DNA of 63,881 nt, filler included, from Octopus bimaculoides (GCF_001194135.2; 6 parts of 6 records of this genome joined end to end with filler, not necessarily neighbours in it), one strand, 5' to 3'. Positions 35,636-50,025 are shown, counted from the whole stretch's first letter. Program-made: numbers and translations. The notes: generated from the letters alone by a model not told the origin.

Positions 35636-37985
35636 GGTGGTTGTCTACTCCTTACACAAAGTTTGACCACCTCCTGTACCTTCATGGCGTCTGATGTGGC
35701 TTTTTAAACCAGACAATGTTCTGAAAAAACACCCACACAAATAGCACCTCTGATTTGAACTACCAATACCTGCAGGTAAGTTCTGCTCATTGTGGATCTT
35801 AACATGTCTTTTAAGACCTCCATTGGATTTGCAAGCCTTCTGACATACACCACATTCAAATATGTGCACAGACATATAATCAGAATAGTTGGTTGAAGTT
35901 TGTTTTCCAGGGGTTTGCAGGTGAGATTTGAGGCCAGGCATGGTCTGTCACAGACTGTGCACACAAAAAGGTCCTTATCATTCACCTTCTCGATCTTTAC
36001 ATTCTTCCTTAAATATCTTTTGAGTCTTGCTTGCGTTATCCTGGCCTCTTCAAACGCTTTCATTCCATTCTACACTTTTGTTCGCCATCCAACTTGATCT
36101 GAAGCGAGGGTTTCTATATCTTCTGGAACCATTCCAAGTGACTTCATAGTAGTCCTTATGCCATCCTTAAACCTTTTTTTAGGTTTATGCAGATAGCGTT
36201 TCCCCTCAGCAAGCTCACCATAAAACAGCTGTTTCAGCATGCGTTCATCTGCCATTCAAACAATATGGCCACACCATCTCAATTGGTTCCTCAAAATCAT
36301 AGCTTTAATTGAGGGGCTGCCTGCAGATGCAAGGATATGTGTTTGGAGTAAAAGAATTCCATTTAATTTTTAAAATATGATGAAGGCATTTTTTGGTGGA
36401 ATTGTTCTAACAGTTTAAAATGCCTTTCATAACAAGTCCAAGTTTCACAGGAATACAATAGGGATGGTCAGACAAATGATTTGTAAAGAGCCAACTTTGT
36501 ATTGTTATTTATATGTCGCTGGCATCAAATGTGCAACTCCAAGCCACCAAATGCTTTTGCTGCCCTTTGAATTCGCAGGTGTATTTCCATGTCAAGATTT
36601 CCATCATCTTGAACAGAGCCTCCCAGGTAGACAAATGAATTGACAACCTCAAGTAACTTTCCCTTAACAAAAATTTTAGGTGGGTTACAAACAGCACCAT
36701 ACACAGGTTGATACATTACAACTGTTTTTTTTCAGATTGATGATCAGGCCAAAATCATCACAAGCTGTGTCAAATGCAGATACAAGGGATTGCAGACTCG
36801 TTTCAGAATGACTGACAAGATCGCAATCGTCAGCATACAAAAGTTCCCTAATAAGTGAAGTAAAAACCTTCGTTTTAAACTTCAGTCAGGTCAAATTAAA
36901 AACATTCCCCGTTGTTCGATATTTTATGTAGATACCCTCCTCAGAATTTTAAAAGGAATGTGACACCACTACAGCAAAGTATATTGCAAAGAGGGTGGGT
37001 GCATCAAGGTCTCCCTGCTTTACTCCATTTTCCACAGCAAAAGATTCAGAAAGCCTACCACCAAAATTAACCCTAGCTCTCATATCCTAATGCAAAGCCC
37101 AGACCATGTTTATAAACTTTTCTGGGCAACCTATTTTCCCAAGAATTAGCCACAGAGCACGTCGATTAACTGTATCGAATGCTTTGCTCAAATCAACAAA
37201 GCAATGGTACAGAGCAAGATTCTGTTCAATGCACTTCTCTTGTAATTGTCTGACAGTAAAGATACAATCAACTGTGCCCCTGGAGGAACGAAAACCACAC
37301 TGAGACTCAGACACTATATTTGGAACTATAAAGGTATTTAAACGTTCTAACAAAATGCAGGCAAGTACCTTTCCAACCACAGACAAAAGGGAAATCCCAC
37401 GAAAATTACCACACAGATCCTTTGGCCCCGATTTATACAAGGAGACAAGAATGGCATCAATCCAGTCTTGAGGCACTTTCTCACTTCTCCAACAGTGACA
37501 AATTAAAATATGTAAGAGTTCAAACATTTTGTCACCCCCATATTTCAAGACATCTGCGCAGATTCCATCAGATCCTGGAGACTTGTTATTCAGCTTATTC
37601 ACAGCCAAATAAATGTCATTTAGAGTTGGTTCAAACGCCATCTCTTCTATAACTGGAAGTTGTTCAATTTTTTTTATTGTCCTCATGTTAACGGATGATG
37701 GTCTATTCAAAAGTGCAGAAAAATGTTCTACCTAACGCTTACGAATAGAAGCAGTGTCAGTCAGAAGAAAACATCCATCTTCTGTTCTCACTGGAGCTAT
37801 TGAGGACGATTTTGGACCATATACCTCCCTAACATAAGAATACAAACCCCTGGCATCATTTCTATCAGCTGCTTCTTGTGCCCCTTTTGCCCTATCATTC
37901 CACCATTCCTGTTTAATTTTCCTTAGAGCAGTTTGCACTCTCCTTTTCAGCTTTCTGTAAGTTTCGTTTGAGTTGTGATTCAATG
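35636..37985 (-). mobile_element. 5'-truncated, degenerate RTE (BovB-like) LINE with three C-terminal C2H2 fingers
   Basis: Minus-strand fragments KSPGSDGI, WIDAILVSLYK, NFRGISLLSVVGKV, SQCGFRSSRGTVD, CFVDLSKAFDTVNR, ELLYADDCD (YADD at 36826-36837), FVYLGG, LKQLFYGEL...KKRFKD, then zinc fingers; ends next to (TA)n. Confidence 0.9.
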
Positions 37986-38039
37986 ACTGAGACAGCAGTG
38001 TATTGCCTAAGTTTTGTTTTTCTAAAAGTAGATCATGAA

Positions 38040-38308
38040 TTTCTGCTGATATATCTGAGAACCAGAAAAACTCAACAGAAACCTAAATCTAAAGGTGAAT
38101 TATTTCGATTGTTACGTGAAAAGTGGGCAGAAATTTCACAAGAGACAACCACAAAGCTCATCAGTTCAATACCAAAAAGAGCTTCTGAATTAAAAACTGC
38201 AAAGTGAATGTTAACTAAATACTAAAGTATGTAGTCCTACCTATCAATTGTTTGCTTTGTGCATTAAATTGAAGATTTTGAAAATTAAAAGTGTCTATTT
38301 ACTTCCTG

Positions 38309-38310
<2 letters not shown>
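38040..38310 (+). mobile_element. Tc1-like transposase C-terminal remnant
   Basis: KPKSKGELFRLLREKWAEISQETTTKLISSIPKRASELKTAK followed by a decayed ...TKY*; matches the Tc1 LI.SMP.R...VIKAKG..TKY pattern. Confidence 0.6.
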
Positions 38311-38342
<32 letters not shown>

Positions 38343-38599
38343 CACACACACACATATATATATACCTTCTCTCAGGTATGTCACTGTACGGCCTGAGGCA
38401 TGCAGAATCTCTGCCTAACGTCACTAGCTTGCTCTTTATGGAGCAAATAATGCTCTACCCAACAAGGGGGAAAATGTCCTGGATTTCTGCTTCACAAAGA
38501 ACATGGCACTCATCCATAATGTTGGAATGACACCAACGATTTTCTTGGGCTATAACTTAATAGAACTAACAATATATGGTCCGCAGAAGACTGAAGACA

Positions 38600-39980
38600 T
38601 GCAGGCTACTAGAAGCACCCAACTCCTCTCCAGCCTGAACGTTCACAAAGCTGATTGGAAGGGTATTGAGAAAGATGTCATGGAACATAACTGGTCTGCC
38701 AGTCTCTCTACAGAAGATATTAACATAAAGATACAACACTTTATGACATCTGCAGTAAGTTTGCTCCAGAGAGAATGCCAAGCCAGCAGAAAAAAATAAT
38801 ACCCAGGGATAGGAGGATTCTAATGAGAAGATGAACAAAAATATCAAATCCTCTAAATGGGCCCCTAAAGGATAACAAACGATCCTACCTCAAACGAATA
38901 TGCTCGAGATTGAAAATGAACTCAAATGCTCCCATGAAAAGGAGAGGGCAGGAAAGGAGACCAGGGCTGTCAAGAATATTAAGACAAACCCTAAAGCCTT
39001 CTATAGATATGCAGAAGAATCTGCTTCAGTATGGTACAAAATAGGGCCACTACTTGAAGAAAATGGCTCACTGACTGCAGACCCCCAGAGGATCAGTGAA
39101 ATACTGAATGTGCAATATACTCCACTGGGACATTTGCAAGTAGCTATGCCTGATGAGTTCTTTGGCTCCACAGATCTACACAACAAAATGGCAATTATTG
39201 ACAGCATCAACATAGAGAAAACTGATGTGATATTAACCATTGATGAGATGAGTTCAAACTCAGTAATAGGCCTTGATGGATTCCCAACAATCCTCTTAAA
39301 GAAATGCAAAGAGGCTTTAGTTAGACCACTTCAGATTCTCTTCCAGAGCTTTCTCACAACAGGGAGACTTCCCAAAAAGTTAAAGGAAAGCATTATATAC
39401 CCTATTCATACAGGGAGTAGCAGAGCAGATGCTAAGAATTATAGACTTGTCTCTATAACTTCCCATGTCAGCAAAGTCATGGAGCGTATCGTCAGGAAGA
39501 ATCTAATTGTGTTCCTTGAAGATAATGACTTGCTTCCTGACATCCAGTATGGCTTTCGCTCAGGCAGAAGCTGCCTTACACAGTTTTTGCAACACTGTGA
39601 CTGGGTGTTAAAAGAATTAATGAATCACTCAAATGTAGATGTGATGTATCGCAACTTTGCAAAGGCCTTTGATAAGGTGGATCATGGGATGGTATGTCAC
39701 AAACTACAGAGACTCAGTATGACTGGGAAAATCGGAGAGTGGTTGCATGACTTCTTAAAAGACAGAAACCAGGCTGTAGCAGCCAATGGAGCCCTCTCCA
39801 CAGAGACATTAATAGAAAGTATTGGGGCCACTAATGTTCATGGTGACTCTTTCAGACATGCCATCAGTTACACAGATAGCCACACTTACTAGCTATGCCA
39901 ATGACACAAAAGTAGTACAAGCAGTCAAGGAACCTTCTGATGCTAATCTTCTACAGAAAGACCTAGATGCTATATATTGA
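38600..39980 (+). mobile_element. Degenerate CR1-clade LINE ORF2 fragment
   Basis: LNVHKADW, IKTNPKAFYRYA, GLDGFPTILLKKC, NYRLVSITSHVSKVMERIV, QYGFRSGRSCLTQ, FAKAFDKVDHG; the GVPQG motif is deleted and YADD is mutated to YAND (39894-39905). Confidence 0.85.
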
Positions 39981-40364
39981 GTTGGCAACAAAGATCCTAC
40001 TGTTGTTTTAAATTTAAATTTTTTAAAAGGTTTAATAAAAAATAACTAATTAATCAATAATGTATTCACCCTTGTTGTTTACAACTTCTTCTTAACGTTC
40101 AACAAGATTTTCAATACCTCGTTGGTTGATCATTTTCTTTTCGAATGTATCTTTCTATCTTTCACTCTTCTCTCTACCTCTGACTTCTTTGTTCTGATGA
40201 TGTCTACCATTGGCAACGAGGCAAAGATATAAATTTTCCTCACCATGGTACAGAGAAACGATTGTAAACTCACTCTTACTCTCACCTTTCTTAACTAATT
40301 AAATAATGGCTTCCTAGCGCAAAAGATACAGTTCTTATTGTTATTTTTCCTCCATTTTCGTTTC

Positions 40365-40542
40365 ATCTATATACATATATATACATATACACACACACAC
40401 ACACACGCATATATATATATATATATATACATACATATAAATATATACATACATATAGATATATACATACATATAAATATATACATACATATATATATAT
40501 ACATACATATAAATATATACATACATATAAATATATACATAC

Positions 40543-40573
<31 letters not shown>

Positions 40574-40740
40574 CATACATATATATATATATATATACAT
40601 ACATATATATATATATATACATACATATATATATATATATACATACATACATATACATAGATACATATATATATATATATTTATACATACATATATATAT
40701 GTACATACATATATATATATACATACATACATATATATAC

Positions 40741-40771
<31 letters not shown>

Positions 40772-40772
40772 C
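40365..40772. repeat. Compound (AT)n/(ATAC)n microsatellite
   Basis: Direct inspection; explains the spurious YIYI ORFs. Confidence 0.95.
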
Positions 40773-40965
40773 ATCATCATCATCATCATCATTTAACGTC
40801 CGCTTTCCATGCTAGCATGGGTTGGACGATTTGACTGAGGACTGGTGAAACCAGATGACAACACCAGGCTCCAATCTAATTTGGCAGAGTTTCTACAGCT
40901 GGATGCCCTTCCTAACGCCAACCACTCAGAGAGTGTAGTGGGTGCTTTTACGTGTCACCCGCACG
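40772..40965 (-). mobile_element. Young RTE 3' UTR copy with tail
   Basis: (CAT)n-ttaacgtccgctttccatgctagc...gtgtcacccgcacg; abuts a linker gap. Confidence 0.9.
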
Positions 40966-41065
40966 NNNNNNNNNNNNNNNNNNNNNNNNNNNNNNNNNNN
41001 NNNNNNNNNTTAATTAATTAANNNNNNNNNNNNNNNNNNNNNNNNNNNNNNNNNNNNNNNNNNNN

Positions 41066-41133
<68 letters not shown>

Positions 41134-43599
41134 CATATACACACATTTATATATATATATATATTTGTGCGTGTGTATATAACATCATAACGCCAAAAGG
41201 TATATGCAAAATATTGACTCTGATGTTGCATCTTCAAAGTCCATTGAGCAATGGAAAATTTTGTAAATAAAGTTAAGAATCCAAAGGTATAAAAATAGTA
41301 TAGCACATAATCTTTACTGCGAAAGGAATATAACAGAAGTTGGCATTACCAAACAAAATATTCGTTTCATTATACACAGCGAACTGGAAACTTACCTCAC
41401 GAGACATCTAAAAGCTTCAAACAGAGTAGTTTATGACAACTGTCATTGATCGATAGCATAAATGGTAAAAATGAAACAGTAACAAAAGTTAGTCTGATTG
41501 TGGCTTATTCATTGGCTGCAAACTGCAAACCATTTACCAAGGTGAATATAATAAAGCTTGCATGATGTTAACGTATAAAAAATGTTAGTCTGCTTTGCAA
41601 ATATAACTAGTAGGAGAGCTAATCTATAGTATACGATTTCCTACACCAGCATACATAAACAACAGTATATAGATATAAGTTTATGCTAGTGCATAACCTC
41701 TTGTGTTTCATAGGTCCATGAATTTTAAGAAAATATCCTGTAACTGAATTAGAATTCCTGAGTATCGGATTTTTGTGTATCACAGTTCTACTGAATGCAA
41801 AAAGCTCCGTTTATTAATAAGTGTATATGAGAAGCGATATTGATCATCATCTTTCTTAAATGTGCGAATATCTAATATATAAGTGTTAATTCCGAACAGG
41901 TTTGGGAAGAGTAGAAGTTGAAATTAAGGATGTGGCAACACTATATCATAATTTTTTTTGTTGAGCTTTTGATAAAAATTGAGATGTTTTAAAAATAAGA
42001 AATATGAACTTCAATTATTGTTTACAAGGAGTAAACTTTTGTAGGTATTACAAGCCTCAGTTGAGTTAATGACATATTCTAAAATAAGTTTTAGACAACA
42101 AGGCAGTTCTATGTTAATAGTTGATAGATAACTCACGGTGAAAGTTTTCTGAAATCCATTAAATTATGAGCGTATTTACATGCCAAAAATGTAGCAACGT
42201 AGCTTCGGCTACATTCACCTCGCTGAAAATTGAAAAGTAATTATTTTCTCATTTCCTTTCGAACTCACCCAAGATATTCTCACTAATTTGAAGCAATAGC
42301 TCCATCGTCAACAGCCTTTGTTAAACCACGATTATAATGCCAAAATACGTTTAAAATGTTGCAAAATCTATTTGACTGCATTGTCATTGGACTTCTGCTA
42401 ATTGTTTAACAGCAAGTTATTGAAATGAATAAAATAATGCTTTAAAAGTCAAGTAAAAATAAGAAAATTTAATCAATCTTTAATGATTGATTTCCATGTA
42501 TGGGTTATACACGTTTAAAATATTTTTTCTAAGAAATGGATTTCGACATTTGGCACAAGATATTTATGTTAACAAACATGTTCAAATATTTCTATTATAT
42601 GTATTGAGTTTGTTTATAGGCGTGCATTAACTAATCACGTCTTACAACCAATTTTCTTTACGGAAATCACTACACTTGATCTCCAGTTCAAAAATGATTA
42701 CTCCCCAACACAAATTATACTATAACTCTCATTGCTTATTAGTAGATAAACGTTGAGTAGGGATATATTCTAATAATGAAAGACTAAGGTAATAAAGGAG
42801 CAGTTTGATTCCAAATATGTGAATGATCATGGTTTCATTTTTATCCGCTTTGCCTAGAAAAGCAAACTGTATTTGAAATCCGGGACATCTTCAGGAATTT
42901 TACTTACCCTGGACAATTCCGATGAAAAAAGTTTGAGGCTATTCCACAGGAATATTTTAGTCATGCCCGGATGCCATTTGTCTGCTTAGAAAGGATTGCG
43001 TGTCTCCACCACAAAGAAAAAAAGTTAGACAAACAAACCTAAAAATATAGCTAACCACTAATCAACAAAGGATTTTCAAGCAAGCTACTGGAGTTGGCGA
43101 TAGAACAACGCAAACACTTCTACAGTACAGTAAATAGAGTGGACAGTAGAGTTATTAGAATTACGTTGCTCAAACATGAAATGTATTTCATGAACCAAAT
43201 CCATATTAACAGTAAACTAGAATAAATATATTTCTGAAATAACATCATGTGACAGTAAACTGCAGCAAAGGATATGTTAACGTTAATGATATACAAAACA
43301 AGCACAACTATTAAAAACTATTTAACAAAAAATCAAAACATCTTACGTCTACAAAGAAGCTACGATTGACTAATGTCAATACGAATTTTATCGCAAACGT
43401 GTAAGTTTTAAAGTTTGTGATTTCAATAGTTTAAGAGTTACTCAGTTACATAACTTTCCCTCTGACGCATCGTGTATTTACGAAAAGATTCGTTTCAATG
43501 AAGAAATATATATAACACAAGGTAACATGCGGTAACAAAATTAAAAAGTAATGTAAATAACACTTGTATCTTATTCATATTTTCACAAATATAAGCTGT

Positions 43600-44220
43600 T
43601 AAAGTGTGGGGTAATCAAATGCCTGGCAGAGAACAACGTCTTTTTGAAATAGATTTTCCACACGCAAATCACAAGTAAGGAATGAAAAATGGCGCTGGCT
43701 TGTAAACAATTGGATTCTAGTTTTAATGTATATTATCCCAGTATATTAACAAAGAAAGTGCAGCACACACGGAAGATCTGACCGCGGCAGTCGACGTTTG
43801 TATATTTCAAATTTGTAGATAAATTTTCTCACAGTTTATACCGTTCATGAGGCTATAAATAATTGACAAAGCACGAGGTTCACGTGACTGGACGCTACTT
43901 TCTTGGGATTATAACTAGCACTAGCTATATGCACTAATGAGATAATTTAATTACAATCTACCTGAAAGGTAGTATCTCGCTCTCGGCTAAAGCGCAGTGC
44001 TCGTCTGGAAACCAAACCTACTGCTTTACGTTTGTAAGACCAATACACAGAATTTGGCCACGCGTCATCCTCTTTCTATTTATTTCACTGTAACCCTCAC
44101 TTTCTTCCCGTTCACATATTCTTAAGCATTAAATAATTTTCTCCACGGTTTTCGCCTACGACGCTTTGCTCATAAATTATTGTTGGTCAATTCATGATAT
44201 TCCTAGGACAAATGTGCCTA
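43600..44220. promoter_or_regulatory. Candidate CpG-retaining promoter-like region
   Basis: About 21 CpG in 43741-44220 by hand count; YY1-like AAAATGGCG (43686-43694) and E-box TCACGTGAC (43880-43888). No associated gene identified. Confidence 0.2.
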
Positions 44221-45687
44221 AGAAACAATGCTTTTGGATGCTCGAATCCAAATTCACATAATCGCAAAGCGCTTCAACTACTCAGCAATGTACGTGGCTA
44301 CTAATGAACTCCCATTACATACGGCATATATTTTTTTAGGTATTTTCAGGCTATGAAAAATAAGAGATAAAATCTCTTATGCAATCATTTATTTAAAATG
44401 TCTGAATATGCAGAACATTTCAGGTTTTACTGTAATAAGTAAACCATGAGAAGCAATTTGTAGAGTAGAGGAAGAATATTTCTGAAATAATATGAAAGAA
44501 TATGTCAGTTGAAATTCCGCAGACATAATGAAACTAATATTAAGACGTTGCACTTAGTTAACAAAAGAAATAACGGAATAACTTGCGGCTAATATTTATT
44601 CAAAATATCTGGATTTGCAGTTAGTTGTACCCAACATGTTTGAGCATGAAGAAACAAATCTAGGAAGAAAAGTACAAAATAGAAACAGGAAAAGAAATCA
44701 ACTTTTGGAAGCTTAGAGAAATATCAGGAAATTATATCAAAAACAGAGACACTTCATCTTGATAAAACTTGAAACGTCATTGTTGTTTCCCATGTAGTCA
44801 GCACGCAACTTCTAAAAAAGGAAAAATAAAAAAAGAAAAGAAAAATCCCACTGAGAATTATGCTGCATTTAAATATCTAAAACTAAAATGAAAATGCTAC
44901 TGAACAAAGAACTGAACATTTTGAAGAAAAACAGAAGAGAATAAATGGAATCCATCCATATGCAATGAAATAATATTATGCGAGAACAATGCAGCTGAAA
45001 CAGTAATTGCTATTAATTTATTCACATTCGAGTGGCGATAGCCGTGGAGGAAAATGCAAATCTCCCTGTGAGTCGACAGCGTATCTTCAAGCCTTGGCGA
45101 GCTATGCTTGGGTCATTTGATTCATAATAAAGTTAAAGCTAATGCATTCACATTCACAAGAGACTATGGAGATGGTATTTAATCCAGTAATGAACTGCGT
45201 TAAGAAAATGGATGTAAAATATCTTGGTTGGTTGAAAGAGAATTATTGTTGGCAATATTTTTCAAGTATATGATGCTTGAGTTCTGTACGTCGGTCTCAG
45301 ATCGTGGGACATTTTGAATATTTCAGAAGTTTTGTTGATTTACACTAACACAATAAGAGTTGTAGTGGTTAAAAGCTTATTGATTTATGAAAGAATGATG
45401 TAATTTTAACAGCGATAATGATAATCCATTGAATTCGGTATAGATATAGTGTGCATATAATGGCCTCTACATTATAAAATACAGAACTAACAAAAAATTG
45501 TATGTATATATAATGACGTTCCCAAATGTGAATATTCACGCATTAGTACATATACATGTATTACTATTGAGGTTCTGCTATTTATGCAACCTATATAGCC
45601 TGGATTTCATCTACTCCATTCCCTATTTATATATTCATATATATATATACATGTGTGTATGTGTGTGCATGTGTATGTAATGCGCGC

Positions 45688-45749
<62 letters not shown>

Positions 45750-47670
45750 GTCCATGTGTGTGTTTGTTTGTGTAATATATATATATATATATCCAGGTTG
45801 CATCAAAGTAATCTAACACACACATTGTTCCGTATAAGTCAGAAGGTAAGCGGATATATGCTAGAAGGGGTTGTATTAAGCAGCTCCCTATGAAACATAA
45901 TTGAAAAGAAAGAGTAAAAATGCAAGAACCAGACTGCATTATTGCTGTGTTACGCGGAAACACATGATACCATATTACATTGATGGATTGTCAACCCTAA
46001 ACTTATAACCTGGTAACTGCTATTCTACAATGTGATTATTTATTAATTCATTTTTGGTCATGATGTATCCTAAAAATTGATAAGCTATATGAATACCTTT
46101 TTGTTCTCTTGCTAAACATATCTAACACTCTGTTCTCAATGTTGTAATTATTGAAACTTCTGTAAGTTTTCTTTTTCTATGTGAAATATCAGAAAATGTA
46201 TTGTTCACATTAAAACATAATAATAGGATCTGATTAACAATCATTGAAAATTGCTACATTGGACAATGAATTCCGGCATAATGTAACATATTTCACAAGC
46301 AAGTATGTCGACTGAATAAAAGGATGAATAAAATAAGACATATTGCTAGTACCATAATTTGACCCGAGATATACAACTGTAGCAACAACATCTACAGAGA
46401 AAAGAACATTCGCAACGATATTACGGGGAAATTTTCGTCATAATTCTTAATGAAAAATAACATGAATAAAAAAAGTCCCATAGGTCACTGTGAATTGGAA
46501 GAGAATGTGGTTATGTCAATGTGAGAATGTGTATGTCAAAGAGAATATGAACATGACCTGAAAGAACGTATTATTATATTATCAGATCTCAGGAGTTATT
46601 ATCCACTGTAAGAATTCAGGTTGCCAAAAGTTATCCATCTTTCGGAAGTGGGTATGACCAGGTATTTTGTATCAAGTTCGCATTGATTCTTTTATGTTTT
46701 ACCATGTAGCCTCGAGCAGACATAGACATGAGTGGAGAGACGGGTGCATTAACGCTATTTGGTACTCCTTTTCTGTTGAGTAGACTGGAAAATGTGAAAC
46801 GATGTGACTTGCACAAAGACAACCCACAGCCCTGTACAGTAAAGGAAATCGAGATCTTATGATCATGAGCCGACCAACCTCACAAATAAACAACCCAATT
46901 GCTTTCAATGTGTTAGTCTGAAGCTTTAAAATAAATTACCAAATAAAAATATGATTTCTAATACTTTCGAGGCCTGCAAAATAAAGATTGTTTTGTTCTG
47001 GGTGCTAGCTGTACACTTGAGGCTAATATGATTATAAAAAAGATTTAAAAGAAATTCTATGAAATATCAATGAGTTGTTTACAAATATAGAATCCAAATG
47101 TATTATTAGCAGTGATACAATATATATCGAAGTAATGGAATATGTACCATCCTAGTTGGAGTCACGTACAGCGCACATAATCAAAGTCTGCTAATGACCA
47201 ATCTAACTAAAACAACAGAAACATTGTCAGCGTCCAAAACTGAAGAGAGTGAACGATGAAATAAATTGATTATGAAAAGAAAAAAAAAAAGAGAAAAGAA
47301 TAGTGTTGAGAGTATACCACAGGACTAGCGAGTAAATGAGAAAGAAACAAACGTTTATTTTCTGAGCTTGTAATTTATAGAATCATTGTATATCATAGTC
47401 GCAAAAATACAGATTGTGTTATCGTGGTCGCAATTCATGTTTGGAGGTAAATAGTTGTACTGACATAGTGATGTCATAAATGTAATATCATACGGTAATG
47501 GCAAAGATGTAATATAGTAATTGTAATGGAATTAAAATATACGTATTGTAATGTACTGTAATTTCAATTTCATGTTAGTTATACAATAAACAATGTTAAG
47601 GAAAACATTCGGATTGAAAACATTGCTGATCAACTTTTAACAGCAGTGCTTAGAATTCTCTTAAATCGTG

Positions 47671-47731
<61 letters not shown>

Positions 47732-48826
47732 GTGTGTGTATATGTGTATGTGCGCGCGTATTTGTGTATGTGTGTAAGTGTGACTGTGTCTTCTGGTGTA
47801 TTATGAACATAACGTGTAATAGTCCCGTTATCCGAACCTTCTCAACGAGCCATCATGAGATGATAATCTAGAGTGTTGTATCACACGTAACGACCAAACA
47901 CATAACAGCGATAATATAACCATATTCTATGTAATTCGTTCATAAATAATAACATATGTACTACTAATAGCATTATGGAATAATTCTACTTTGAAATGAT
48001 TATGTATTGATGATAGTCATAGCAGCATGCGCATATTAAATATTAACTGTAAAGTGAAGCAAAAAAATATCACTATATCGGCAACAGAAATGGCAGAGAG
48101 TCAATATATGTAAACAACTAATTAATGATGTATAGATATATTTTTATCCACTCTTCATTAACTCTAATGATCTTAAGAGGGCAGTCGACTATTATAACAG
48201 AATAATTATTTAATTTTAATATTCTCTTGCCTGAACCAATATCAGAGGAATTGTTTTGCAATGTTTAGCTGTACTTATTTCCATACTGTGCAGCAGAATA
48301 ATAAAATGTCTCTTATATAAATACACAGAGAGCTAAATACATCCAACATGCACATGTAAATATACACACACTCATGCAGTTTTCAAGTGCGCTGGAAGGC
48401 TGACACTTCACGAAAAGCTTTGTAGTCCTCCAGTACTTCCACACACAATTTCAACACTCAATACTCTGCGCGTTTTGATAATAACTATCGGGTCTCTAGA
48501 CAGGTTAGCGCGCGGAGTTTTAACCACATTACGTGTTAAAATAAAAACAGAAATTCAGCTGGTATATTAATGCTTCATATAACAGGCACATTTTTTCCTA
48601 AACTCGTGCTTGACTATTGCGCCAGGCCATTGGCTTGTTGCGCAATCCCATTATGAGCGTTCTCGGTATTTATCAGCTTGCGTAATACCAACAATCAAAC
48701 TAGAGAAACATTTACATTCTCTCCATTTCTTTATATACGTATATACTTATGCATACATATACATATAGCATTTGTATTTACATACATATATATGATATGA
48801 TATTATATGATCTCTATCTGTCTTTC

Positions 48827-48874
<48 letters not shown>

Positions 48875-49331
48875 TAAAATCTGGTAATTAATCATATATT
48901 AATTAATATCGATTAATTATCATGAGGCTAGCACATCTAAAGAATCAAAGATATTCAGAAATAGTATCTGCAATCTCAGGGGATTAAGGTACATTTAAAA
49001 AAATAACGTTGACCACTAACGTGGACAATTAATGTGCTAGAAATAGATCACATCTTGTGTCTATTAAGACCTAAATTGTTCTCAACATGAAATATAGCAG
49101 CATATCAAAACGTGAGCGGGCAAGACATTTAAAATCACCTAAAAAAGCATTCTTAAACAGGAACCGGTTTCGGATTTGACAAATCTTACCATTTGTCCAT
49201 TCCTCTTCAGCCTGATTTGTAATGTAACCGCNNNNNNNNNNNNNNNNNNNNNNNNNNNNNNNNNNNNNNNNNNNNTTAATTAATTAANNNNNNNNNNNNN
49301 NNNNNNNNNNNNNNNNNNNNNNNNNNNNNNN

Positions 49332-49606
49332 GAGCGAGATCGTTGCCAGTGCCCCTGGACTGGCTTGTGCGGGTGGCACATAAAAGACACCATTTCGAGC
49401 GTGGCCGTTTTCGTGCGGGTGACACGTAAAAGCACCCACTACACTCTCTGAGTGGTTGGCGTTAGGAAGGGCATCCAGCTGTAGAAACTCTGCCAAATCA
49501 GACTGGAGCCTGGTGTTGCCATCCGGTTTCACCAGTCCTCAGTCAAATCGTCCAACCCATGCTAGCATGGAAAGCGGACGTTAAACGATGATGATGATGA
49601 TGATGA
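49332..49606 (+). mobile_element. Young RTE 3' UTR copy with (GAT)n tail
   Basis: Identical by eye to 54065-54236 over ~170 bp; abuts a linker gap. Confidence 0.9.
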
Positions 49607-49611
49607 TTATT

Positions 49612-50025
49612 AAGGTGGCAAACTGGCATAATCACTAACATGTCAGGGAAAATGCTTAGTGGTATTTATTTTGGCTCTTTGTTCTCAGTTCAAATTCCAT
49701 GGAGATTGACCTTGCCTTTCATCTTTTGGAGTTGATAAAATAACTACCAGTTGAGTAGTGAGGTAATTTAATTGACTAAGCCCTTCCCCTAACTTCAGGC
49801 CTTGTGCCTATAGCAGAAACAATTATTACTATCATTACTATTAGTGTTGATTAAGGCAGCAAGCTAGGCAAAATGTTTTGCAGCATTTCGTCCGTCTTTA
49901 CATCCCAAGTTCAAATTCCATCAAGGTTAACTTCCCTTTCAGTTGAACATTGGCATTGATATAATCGACTTTTACCATTCCCTGAACCTGCTGGCCTTGT
50001 GCCATAATTTGAAACCATTATTATT
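49612..50025 (+). mobile_element. Two adjacent degenerate tRNA-derived SINEs
   Basis: Each has a ggca(aa/gcaag)ct(a)ggca...(tcag/ccaa)ttcaaattcc...cctttca pattern ending in a (TTA)n-like tail. Confidence 0.6.

Noticed and set aside
35645-35941. Host C2H2 zinc-finger gene
   Set aside because: Collinear with and contiguous to RTE RT fragments; it is the LINE C-terminus.
46586-46860. Two plus-strand exon-like frames (SQELLSTVRIQVAKSYPSFGSGYDQ / PRADIDMSGETGALTLFGTPFLLSRL...)
   Set aside because: Would need a ~48-nt intron and no homolog was recognised; cannot be supported without RNA-seq.
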